DNA of 64,000 nucleotides from a bacterium (GTDB taxonomy: Bacteria > Patescibacteriota > Andersenbacteria > UBA10190). The notes beneath the pieces are model-generated. The model made no database searches. It was not told where the DNA came from and was given only the letters and a program-made list of their open reading frames with translations. Below are positions 47,353 through 55,858 of the stretch, piece after piece. Position 1 is the stretch's first letter. Each line of letters starts with the position of its first letter. The stretch covers positions 7,840 to 71,839 of the forward strand of contig JAUYKA010000033.1 in NCBI GenBank assembly GCA_030698495.1, read 5' to 3'. The position numbers and the translations under genes were made by a program.

Positions 47353-48556
47353 AATCTTCAATGCTTATACGAGCGGTTGCGTCTATTGCACGCCAAGTGG
47401 CGGTGCGTTTTTTGGTATAGGCATAACAAGCAACTTGGCCGATCATAATGGCATTGTCGCCGCATAGTTCTGTCGGGGCAATATGGAGGGGTGTTTGGTG
47501 TTCATCCGCCATACTTTGCATCTGACAACGCAAGATTTTATTGGCAGCCACTCCGCCGGCTAAAAGAAGCGTGCGGGGTTGGAATTGGTCAATAGCCTGT
47601 TTTGTTTTACCAATGAGTACATCAATAACTGTTTGCTGAAAACCGGCGGCGATGTCAGTTTTTACCGCTTGGGATAAGGACTCTTTTTTCTCCAGATCGC
47701 GAACTTTGTAGAGCACTTCGGTTTTAAGCCCGGAAAAACTGAAATCCAGATCACCAGAGTTGAGCATGGGGCGGGTGAATTTAAAGATGTTCGGATCGCC
47801 TGTTTTGGCCAGTTCGCTTATAGCCGGACCGCCCGGATAAGGCAGCCCGAGCAAACGCGCTACCTTGTCAAAAGCTTCTCCCGCAGCGTCGTCTCTCGTT
47901 GAACCCAAAACTTGGTATTGCAGGTGGTCTTTAACTAAAACCAATAAGGTGTGCCCCCCGGAAACGATGAGCGCAAGAGCGGGAAAGGGTTTGAAATTTG
48001 GGTTTTGGGTTTTGTTTGGGATTTGGGATTTGGGATTTGGGATTTTCGAGGCATGCGAGAGCAATGCCGAGTAGATGTGTCCTTCAATATGATGAACGGG
48101 AACAAGCAGCTTGCCCCACGCGTAGGCTAGTGTACGGGCGGCGTTAACACCAATAACGAGGGCGGGCATGAGCCCGGGGCCGACGGTGACGGCGATGGCG
48201 TCTATGCCAATTTTTGACCTTTGCCTGCCCCGCGCCGTGCCGGCCATAGCTCGGAGGGAGCGACGGCTGGTAGCCTTCCTCGGACCCTGGGCTCGCAAGT
48301 TCAGGGTGGCGAAGTGGGGACATTTGACCTTTGACTTACGAATAACATCAAAAATCATCGGGGAGATAATAGAAGCATGTTCTCTGGCGGCTACTTCGGG
48401 CACTACACCGCCGGTAAGGGTATGAATATCAACTTGCGAGGACACGGCGGAGGCCAGCACTTCCGGGGGTTTACCGGCCTGTTGTTGCACGACGGCAACG
48501 CCCGTTTCGTCGCAGGATGTTTCGATGGCTAAAATAGTGATTGGTTCTTTTGGCAT
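47318..48556 (-). CDS. tsaD: tRNA N6-adenosine threonylcarbamoyltransferase TsaD (Kae1/YgjD family) with two in-frame insertions.
   Basis: ILAIETSCDETGVAVV, HIEGH, LIVSGGHT and GGVAANKILR motifs. 412 aa against about 340 typical. Confidence 0.8.
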   Translation of the reverse strand: MPKEPITILAIETSCDETGVAVVQQQAGKPPEVLASAVSSQVDIHTLTGGVVPEVAAREHASIISPMIFDVIRKSKVKCPHFATLNLRAQGPRKATSRRSLRAMAGTARGRQRSKIGIDAIAVTVGPGLMPALVIGVNAARTLAYAWGKLLVPVHHIEGHIYSALLSHASKIPNPKSQIPNKTQNPNFKPFPALALIVSGGHTLLVLVKDHLQYQVLGSTRDDAAGEAFDKVARLLGLPYPGGPAISELAKTGDPNIFKFTRPMLNSGDLDFSFSGLKTEVLYKVRDLEKKESLSQAVKTDIAAGFQQTVIDVLIGKTKQAIDQFQPRTLLLAGGVAANKILRCQMQSMADEHQTPLHIAPTELCGDNAIMIGQVACYAYTKKRTATWRAIDATARISIEDFTLSSSPALRL

Positions 48557-48700
48557 ACCAAGAGCTTGTCATATTGCAACGGTTTTGTCATGATTTGTTT
48601 TCATTATGTTGCTTTAGGTTGGAATTTTATGTATAAATGATGCGCAGCAGCGCATACCATTATTTTGAGTTTTGCGTTTTGCATTTTACATTTAATTTAT

Positions 48701-48772
48701 GGCTCCATCGTCTAACGGCTAGGACGGTGCCCTTTCAAGGCGCAAATAGGGGTTCGATTCCCCTTGGAGCTA
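48701..48772 (+). tRNA. tRNA-Glu (anticodon TTC).
   Basis: Manual fold: anticodon loop CTTTCAA, T-arm GGGGT-TCGATTC-CCCCT, 3-bp D-stem, G1-U72 wobble. Confidence 0.65.
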
Positions 48773-48832
48773 CTAATCAAAACTTTATAATACTTGCATA
48801 ACTTTATAAAGTTTGGTAAAATAAGCTTATCT

Positions 48833-49756
48833 ATGAACTACGTAGATAAGTTGGTAATATTGCAGAAAGTAACAGAGAAGACCCAGACCGAACTGGCGGA
48901 TTTTTTAGGTGTATCATTTCCCACGCTTAACAGCTGGTTGAACGGGAAAAGCATACCGCGCAATAAAGCGCAGGAAAGAATTGACTTGCTATATCAGGAA
49001 TATACCGGCGTAGATCGTGTTGATGAATCGTCGCTATCAGCAAAAAAGCAAAAAATTGCAGCTTTACAAAAAAAGTATCCGGATCCGCTTAACACAATAA
49101 TCAGACGCAAAGACCTATACGACACTTTCGTCCTGGAACTTACCTATCACACCAACAGCATTGAAGGCAGTACTCTTAACGAGCCGGAAGTAAAAGCAGT
49201 CATTTTCGATAATGCCGTTATTCCCGATAAAACCGTAATAGAACATCAGGAAGCAAAAAATCATCAGGCTGCCTTAGCTAGCCTGTTCAAACAGTTAAAT
49301 GACAATCGCGAAACCAGGATTTCTGAAGATGAAATCAAAAAAATGCACGCCATCTTGATGAACGGTATTTACCCCAATGCCGGACAATACCGCACGCATC
49401 CTGTCAGAATAGTCAGTTCCCGAGTCGTCACGGCTAATTATATAAAAATTGAGGAGCTGATGAGAAAGCACGTAACAGAGTTAAAGAAAAAACCCGCCGA
49501 TGTTTTTACTCACCTGGTCCAAACTCACGCGCACTTTGAACAAATCCATCCGTTTTCCGACGGCAATGGCCGCGTCGGCCGCTTGCTCCTGCATGCTCTT
49601 GCTGCGCGCTACAGCCTGCCTCCCGTCTTAATTAAACGCGAGAAGAAACAGGCATACTATACTTATCTTGAACGGGCTCAGATTAAAGATGAGTATATGT
49701 TTCTAGAATCATTCATCTGCGACGCAATTCTTGAGGCGTACAAACTGCTGAAGTAA
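48833..49756 (+). CDS. Fic-family protein with an N-terminal HTH.
   Basis: Fic motif HPFSDGNGRVGR. XRE-like HTH QTELADFLGVSFPTLNSWL. Confidence 0.8.
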   Translation: MNYVDKLVILQKVTEKTQTELADFLGVSFPTLNSWLNGKSIPRNKAQERIDLLYQEYTGVDRVDESSLSAKKQKIAALQKKYPDPLNTIIRRKDLYDTFVLELTYHTNSIEGSTLNEPEVKAVIFDNAVIPDKTVIEHQEAKNHQAALASLFKQLNDNRETRISEDEIKKMHAILMNGIYPNAGQYRTHPVRIVSSRVVTANYIKIEELMRKHVTELKKKPADVFTHLVQTHAHFEQIHPFSDGNGRVGRLLLHALAARYSLPPVLIKREKKQAYYTYLERAQIKDEYMFLESFICDAILEAYKLLK

Positions 49757-50011
49757 ATTAAAGGCAATAAAAAGAGGAGTTTTTGATTTAGCTTCTCAAA
49801 GATAGTTCTAATCTCCTGTACTACGGGTCTGCCATGAAGTGTCCCCCAAAAGGTGGCCACACAAAGATGAAGCGACTGTTGTATGAAGGAAAACTACAGT
49901 AGCCACTTTTTGGTAGTGGTGGATTATGAAGACTACGTAGGCGATAAACACACGACAACATTTCATCTCGATTCTTGATACAACGACGGTTTCAGGATTG
50001 GTTGATTTGCG

Positions 50012-50059
50012 ATAAAAAAATCCCCGCCATAGACTCACTTAGTGTGAATCTTGCGGGGA
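50012..50059 (-). terminator. Terminator (ccccgc...gcgggg with T8 on the minus strand) after the fusion gene.
   Basis: One of three similar AAAAAATCCCCGC-type terminators, at 50012, 51654 and 53131. Confidence 0.65.
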
Positions 50060-50068
50060 GAACTGGCG

Positions 50069-51577
50069 CTAAGCAGCTGTAAGCGCTGCCAGCAACAAGG
50101 ATACAAGAGAGACATCAATGCCCCACTTGGCCAGCCAGTGTCGTTCTGGGTGCATTAGAAGCAACGCAAACGTGGCTTGCGTAACGCCTAAACTGTACCC
50201 GGCTGATTGAAGTGCTTGCACCGGGATCATGGCCAGAGGAACAACTACCAAGGGGCACAGCCCGATCAGCACAAATACGCTCATCGCGTGTCCATATCTC
50301 ACAACAATTGTTTCCTTGTAACCACGATCATGTTCAACGTCTGCCATGTCCTTAACGATTTCTCGCATGAATACAATCAGTGTTAGCGCTACAAAAAGTA
50401 GCAACGGTGCCATCGACAATTTCATTTGATACACCGCCCCACACAGTACGGGAGCAGCAGAGCAAAGAGCAACGATAACAGCCTGTCCAATGTACCAACG
50501 CCGAACTGGGGGTAATGAGTAACAGATACCTGTGACCCACACCAATACAACGAACAACGCTAGCCAGACTTTTGAGAGGGCGAGAGAAACCAGTAGTAAT
50601 ATGAACGTGAACACACCAAAGGCCAGGCAGAGTTGCATCACACTCCATGTGTGGGTAATGGCCACAGCACCCGGTTTCCACGTGTCGTGCTGCCTATCCA
50701 TAATGTCGTTGAACAACATTATGCAGGCTGCAACACAAGAAAAAGCGCTTGCAGTCACAAAAGCCAGAGCTGGTACGCTTCCGGACAACTTGAAACCCGC
50801 AATCACAACCGCAAAAGCGTACAGCGCCGTTAACAAACGAGGCGCTTTCACAAACTGACCTAAGGTAAGTACAGTCCCCTGCAATTTGTTACACGTATGT
50901 TGGCACCACCAACCAATGAGACTGTAAATTGGCGCGCGAACAACAAGGTCTCGGAAGAACTTACTGTTTATGAACTCCTGCACTTCTTTTACATATTGCT
51001 CATGGTCGGCGGTAAGAAAACAGTTTTTCTCACCACGTTGCCGATCCCTAGACAGATCAAGCAGGTCGTCCACCATTTGCAGTTTGCGACCGAATAAGGT
51101 GAGTTGGTCATCTGGATATTCGGCAAGCCAAACGCTGCCTATGACGATGCGGTAGAACTTAAAGGCAATAACGCCTCGCTCAAGTCCATCTTTTGACAGG
51201 TTGCCACTCAGATCGGTCGCGAAGAGGCTATACGCCTGTTCACGTGCTTCCGCACTTTCTACATAGCGATTAAGGAGAGTAGCAAAGAGCGACTGTTTCG
51301 CGTCTTTAGCGTGACACCAGTCTGTTTCGTAATCATAAATTGCCGAGAGAAAGGCGGCGACCATAGCCAAACGCAACTGACTTGCAGGCTTGCCAACGTC
51401 CGCAAACCCCAACAGACAACTGTAGAGGTTCACAGACTTAACCCACAAACGCAGACGATCTAGCGCCTTTATGGTTTTGAGAGACCACAAGACGGACAGA
51501 CAAAAGCAGCACATCCGGATATGTTGGAACATGTGATTACCCTTTGAATTGGGAAGTAACAATCGTTTAAGCCGCAA
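50069..51577 (-). CDS. Fusion protein: N-terminal squalene/phytoene-synthase-like domain plus C-terminal UbiA-family prenyltransferase domain.
   Basis: N-terminal DYETD and DLLDLSRDRQRGEKNCFL (DxxxDxxxGRxY-like) Asp-rich motifs. C-terminal NDIMDRQHD and KDMADVEHD UbiA motifs, with multiple TM helices. Confidence 0.6.
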   Translation of the reverse strand: MRLKRLLLPNSKGNHMFQHIRMCCFCLSVLWSLKTIKALDRLRLWVKSVNLYSCLLGFADVGKPASQLRLAMVAAFLSAIYDYETDWCHAKDAKQSLFATLLNRYVESAEAREQAYSLFATDLSGNLSKDGLERGVIAFKFYRIVIGSVWLAEYPDDQLTLFGRKLQMVDDLLDLSRDRQRGEKNCFLTADHEQYVKEVQEFINSKFFRDLVVRAPIYSLIGWWCQHTCNKLQGTVLTLGQFVKAPRLLTALYAFAVVIAGFKLSGSVPALAFVTASAFSCVAACIMLFNDIMDRQHDTWKPGAVAITHTWSVMQLCLAFGVFTFILLLVSLALSKVWLALFVVLVWVTGICYSLPPVRRWYIGQAVIVALCSAAPVLCGAVYQMKLSMAPLLLFVALTLIVFMREIVKDMADVEHDRGYKETIVVRYGHAMSVFVLIGLCPLVVVPLAMIPVQALQSAGYSLGVTQATFALLLMHPERHWLAKWGIDVSLVSLLLAALTAA

Positions 51578-51653
51578 TGCTTATGTTAGGATAGTTGTTC
51601 GCTTATGACTAGAAGCGCTGAAATCTTACGCGGTCCGCAGAAATAACTGTCTT

Positions 51654-51702
51654 AAATAAAAAATCCCCGCAGAGACTCACAAGTTGTGAATTTCTACGGG
51701 GT
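51654..51702 (-). terminator. Terminator after the 51734..52711 gene.
   Basis: ccccgc...cgggg stem with an A-run on the plus strand (T-run on the minus strand). Confidence 0.6.
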
Positions 51703-51733
51703 TTGTGATCGATGGAGCACGAGTTTACTCGAG

Positions 51734-52711
51734 CTACATGACCGAGACTTTTTCGTCTGACTTGAATGCGTCGCGCAATTCCGGCTGTTCATTCCACAGC
51801 TTCACGACCGTGTTGGTGAGATTGCGAAGCTGAGGCAGTGTGCCTCCCATTCCGAGCACATACATACTCTTTGAGTCAGGACGCAACTGGAAAGAGATCC
51901 AGCTACTAGCGTCTTGGAGCATCACGCGCTCATATCCGCACATTTCGACGCACAGGACTTTGACTGGACCGAACTGTCCAGACGCGCCACGATATTCACC
52001 CTTAACTCGGATGTCCATCATGCCGTTGAAGTAGACCTGCTCCTGAAAACGTTGGCATAGCTCGGCGAGACGACCGTCGATAGAGAGCAGGTCAGTATTC
52101 CCGTCGAGCGCACCATGCATCAGGATGTCGCTGCTGAGAAAGAGGTTGTCGTAAACACTGGACTCCTCCTCTAACTTGTAAAAACCGACATCAGGCTTCC
52201 CGTAAACCGTCACGCAGACAGAGCGGTCACAGAACTCACCGAAAACGTTGTGACTGTCCCCTGAGCTCTTGTGATAAGCCTCGACCGTAACCCAAACTAG
52301 ACACTTGACCTGATCGTGCATGGCGCCCGAGAGAGAATCGCCATCTTCTTGTGCCCAAAGAGCACAGTGAGCGTAACGTGGCTTATATCCACGTTGTTGC
52401 TTGGTCGGCCACTCGACCGACTTGGCAATAGTATCATCTTCGTTGATTGCGAAGAGGTACTCGCCTTGGCGCATTACTTGGTCCTTGCGCGGGCCTTTGG
52501 TAAAGCCGACCCAAGAGGAATCGTTGGCAAGACCGACGTTATCGGCGAGGCGGTACATCAGGTCTCCGTCTGCCTTTTGCACTTTGATCGTGAGGTCGTT
52601 GATGGTGGCACCACCCTTGCCGTCCAAAGGTTCTAGTTTCAGTGCGAGAAGCTTTCCTAGGCAAGGAAACTGCTTTAGTAGCTTCTGATTCTTTCTGGCG
52701 TTAGGTCTCAT
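51734..52711 (-). CDS. Hypothetical protein (325 aa).
   Basis: Long ORF with typical coding composition. No motif recognised. Confidence 0.45.
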   Translation of the reverse strand: MRPNARKNQKLLKQFPCLGKLLALKLEPLDGKGGATINDLTIKVQKADGDLMYRLADNVGLANDSSWVGFTKGPRKDQVMRQGEYLFAINEDDTIAKSVEWPTKQQRGYKPRYAHCALWAQEDGDSLSGAMHDQVKCLVWVTVEAYHKSSGDSHNVFGEFCDRSVCVTVYGKPDVGFYKLEEESSVYDNLFLSSDILMHGALDGNTDLLSIDGRLAELCQRFQEQVYFNGMMDIRVKGEYRGASGQFGPVKVLCVEMCGYERVMLQDASSWISFQLRPDSKSMYVLGMGGTLPQLRNLTNTVVKLWNEQPELRDAFKSDEKVSVM

Positions 52712-53130
52712 TCTAGGGCTCCCTACGTTCTGTAGATTGGCAAAGAACTAGCGTTCCGCTAGTTTTGTGAGCGGAATTGCTCACGGCTTATATCTAGCAT
52801 GTAAACATCAATATGTCAATGGTTAGCGATTCGAGGGGTTCGACACTGGTCGCAGCAATAGCCATATTGGGCTTTTGGGCTATATAGCAACTGCTGCCGC
52901 ACGTGTCTCTAGCTGCGCCATTCGGCGTATTGCGGCTGTTATAGGGTTCCACTGGTTTAACAGCTGGGCTACTCGAGAATCGGTTACCGAAGGTAACCTT
53001 ATATAATAATATCTTCCTTGAATTCGAGAACTCCGAGAGAAGCGCCAACCAGGCGCTGGTTCGAGGAGCTACCTTAATATAGGCCGTGTAAGCGACTATT
53101 AGCCGCTTCGTCAACGGATATATTTGATTC

Positions 53131-53163
53131 ATAAAAAATCCCCGCCGATCATAACGGCGAGAG
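53131..53163 (-). terminator. Terminator after the toxin gene.
   Basis: cccgccg-atcataa-cggcgag stem with a T-run on the minus strand. Confidence 0.55.
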
Positions 53164-53172
53164 GAAAATATA

Positions 53173-53346
53173 ATTATTGTAGCTACAGGCGTTTCGGGGC
53201 CACGTCGTAAACACGAGAGCAGTGTTGGATTATGAGAATTTTTACAGCATGACCGGCAATCCGAAAGATAACGCGATAATCTCCTACGTGTAGTTTCCGG
53301 TATCCTTTTAAAGACCGCCGGAGCGGTTTGCCATATAGATAAACGA
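53173..53346 (-). CDS. RelE/ParE-family toxin, short (57 aa, possibly N-terminally truncated).
   Basis: Own translation MFRVVYLYGKPLRRSLKGYRKLHVGDYRVIFRIAGHAVKILIIQHCSRVYDVAPKRL. The (K)LxVGDYRVIFRI...ILxIxHCxxVY signature is characteristic. Absent from the ORF track because under 60 aa. Confidence 0.55.
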
Positions 53347-53348
53347 CA

Positions 53349-53545
53349 CGAAACATCACTACCAGGCTTTATCGTGGGAAAGATAGCGGGCGTTATTAGT
53401 ATCCCGCTTGCGGGCAATGGCATTCCACGCCTGGTCCTCTTCCAGCTCAAGGGCAATTTCAAGCAGACGAGTTGCTTGCGTGGCTTGGGGTACCCTATCG
53501 CGACGGGCCAGCTTATCTAAGGCGATGCTGACGTCGGGGGGGGCA
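53349..53545 (-). CDS. Ribbon-helix-helix antitoxin-like ORF directly upstream of the toxin. The start is unclear and a G8 homopolymer lies at its 5' end.
   Basis: Translation ...PPDVSIALDKLARRDRVPQATQATRLLEIALELEEDQAWNAIARKRD. A 4-bp gap separates it from the toxin start. No in-frame ATG; a TTG start would come into frame with a 9-G tract. Confidence 0.4.
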
Positions 53546-53641
53546 AACTTATGTTCAAACGTTTTTTGGATGTAGGTATGTTATACGTGTATCACTTGTG
53601 TCAAGGCGTGAATCGGCATAAAAAAACAAAGCCGGCTAGTT

Positions 53642-54223
53642 TTACCTAGACCGGCTTATCGGCAGATATCCTGCCAGCGTGGCATGCAGTGCCGCGGTAA
53701 GGGTGGACGGTTCGGTGATTTGGCCAGTGCGTACAAGATCCCAGAACTCTTGAGGTTCGGCTTCCAGCACCTCGATGGTTTCATCGGCATCCAGGCGGCG
53801 TTTGCCGGTGAAGGAACAGTCTAGCGCCAGAAATACCCGGAAGAAGCTTGGCGACTTTCTCGTGCTGATATGGTGCCGGTGAAGTTTTAACATACGACCG
53901 GCACGGAAACCGGTTTCTTCCTCAAGCTCTCGAGTAGCTGTTAACTCAAGGTTTTCTCCCTCTTCCGCCGTGCCAGCCGAAAACTCGATCACTATGTCAT
54001 GGACACCTTGTTTGTACTGACGCACAAGTATGAGTTTCCCTTCGGTGGTGATAGCACACACGATAGCGAAATTTCTCCCGCCGAAGAGCGAAAAATCATG
54101 TTCTTGGCCGTCCGGGTCTCGAAAGACTTGTTTCTGAAGATAGGCACCAAAGAGTTTCGCGAGTTGTTCAGGAACACCTACCTTACTCCAGGGCTTAATA
54201 TTGGCGGCAATAATTGTTTTCAA
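53642..54223 (-). CDS. NUDIX hydrolase.
   Basis: GTAEEGENLELTATRELEEETGF. Confidence 0.8.
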   Translation of the reverse strand: MKTIIAANIKPWSKVGVPEQLAKLFGAYLQKQVFRDPDGQEHDFSLFGGRNFAIVCAITTEGKLILVRQYKQGVHDIVIEFSAGTAEEGENLELTATRELEEETGFRAGRMLKLHRHHISTRKSPSFFRVFLALDCSFTGKRRLDADETIEVLEAEPQEFWDLVRTGQITEPSTLTAALHATLAGYLPISRSR

Positions 54224-54326
54224 AGGACATCTCCTTCTAGCTTTAGGACAGAAGGGTACATAGCTACGCTAATGGCAGCTATATACAATAGGGTATTTTT
54301 TAAAAAATATCAAGGCAAGATGTTTT

Positions 54327-55805
54327 CTAGTTGTTTTTAGCGTCAAGCGCGTAGTGCGGTCCCAGTTGGGCTAATTCTTCTTTGATTACTTCGTGACCAT
54401 TGTTGTTGGGATGATAACCATCAAAGCTTATTAGGTTTTGTTGGTCGGGGTCGATAGCGCCGCTTGAGCCGTTAAACGCCCGGTGAACTTGAGCAACGAG
54501 GATTCTTCCGGGATTGCTAGTGTTTATATGGTGGTTCACAAAGTTTAAATATTGATTAAGAATAATAAAATCATTACCAGCGTCATTGGGCCAGGTATCG
54601 ATGCGGCTATCTGCGGCGACAAAAGGATTGTAGATATCCATAGTAAATGAGATGGCGTCTAAGCCCCTTAGTTGTGATATGGTGGCGACAATTTTGTCCC
54701 AGTTATTATTAAAAGTGGTGACCGTTTCGCGCAAGCATTGCTGGTTGTCTTCTCCTCCGCATTTTTTATTTTTATAGAGTTCGCGGGCTTTTCTTAAATC
54801 GTTACCCCCAATGTTCCAGGTGATGACATAAGCAGATGCTACTTTATCCCTTAAGGAAGTGTTGTTTTGCAGGGTATGGAGTAGGTCGGCGCTATCTGAT
54901 CCACTTCTACTTTGGTTGTCTAATCTAATATTTGTATCAAAGAAGGTAGCCAGGTGGCTGCGGTAGCGAATCGGATAACCACGCAGGGCTATGTATCCGG
55001 CGGCAACGGAATCACCCAAGGCGAGATAGGTTTTATCAGGCGCTGGACACCAAAATCCCAAGAAACAGTCGGGCGGGAGATAGGGCGGTAATGTCGGGGA
55101 CGGCGCGGGCTGTTTTTTGACGATTACAGTTACGGAGTTACTTGGTTGACCGGAGATATTGATAATGTGGAGAGAATAGTTTCCCGGCGGTAAAATACCG
55201 GGTACCGGCGTTTTAATTTCATTATCGGAGGCAGTGTAATATTGTTTATAAGCTTCCTGTTGGTTATTGGAAAAAATAACGCGGCCATAACCGGTAAAGC
55301 CGGAACCGGTAATGGTTAAGGTGTCGTTTATATCAACTTCAGGGGGCGAGACATTCGAAATAACTGATGGTGCAGTTGGAGAAGGTGTAGGGGTGAGGGT
55401 GGGAGCGGGAGGGGAAGAAGGATTAGCGGGAGGCAAAGGTGTGGCAGGAGGTAAAGATTGTGATTGTAATGGTTCGATGCGCAAAGACAGGCTGTTACTG
55501 ATATTGTCGCTCCCTTCGACAACGGAAATTTGGTAATTTCCCGGCGCTATGAAATTGGGTACGGGGACAGCAGAATTGCGACCGTCAGGGGAAGTAAAAT
55601 ATTTGTTGGCGGCGGTAGTATTTGATTGGAACTGTAAGGAGCCATAGTAGGGTAGGTTAGAACCGGTGATATTGATTTCTTGTCCAACGATAGCTATAGG
55701 GGGAGATACTGTTTGTAGAACAGGGTTGGCTTGAGCACGAACAAATACTGGGGGCACAATGAGCGCCAATAAACACAAAAAAATTGTGAGCTTTCGTAAT
55801 AACAT
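54327..55805 (-). CDS. Secreted SGNH/GDSL-family hydrolase with two N-terminal Ig-like (IPT/TIG-like) repeats and Pro/Ser/Thr-rich linkers.
   Basis: Signal peptide. GDSVAAGY (block I), WNIGGNDL (block III) and DGYHPNNNGHEVI (block V). Confidence 0.65.
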   Translation of the reverse strand: MLLRKLTIFLCLLALIVPPVFVRAQANPVLQTVSPPIAIVGQEINITGSNLPYYGSLQFQSNTTAANKYFTSPDGRNSAVPVPNFIAPGNYQISVVEGSDNISNSLSLRIEPLQSQSLPPATPLPPANPSSPPAPTLTPTPSPTAPSVISNVSPPEVDINDTLTITGSGFTGYGRVIFSNNQQEAYKQYYTASDNEIKTPVPGILPPGNYSLHIINISGQPSNSVTVIVKKQPAPSPTLPPYLPPDCFLGFWCPAPDKTYLALGDSVAAGYIALRGYPIRYRSHLATFFDTNIRLDNQSRSGSDSADLLHTLQNNTSLRDKVASAYVITWNIGGNDLRKARELYKNKKCGGEDNQQCLRETVTTFNNNWDKIVATISQLRGLDAISFTMDIYNPFVAADSRIDTWPNDAGNDFIILNQYLNFVNHHINTSNPGRILVAQVHRAFNGSSGAIDPDQQNLISFDGYHPNNNGHEVIKEELAQLGPHYALDAKNN

Positions 55806-55858
55806 GATTTTAGGTAACTGGATACCCTACATTGCCAGCGGGATAATAGCAAGTATCG

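Noticed and set aside
52794-53462. 222-aa minus-strand ORF spanning the hairpin-rich gap and the toxin-antitoxin pair.
   Set aside because: It overlaps the clearly recognisable RelE-like toxin in another frame, crosses a terminator, and its composition is odd (Arg/Ser/Pro-rich).
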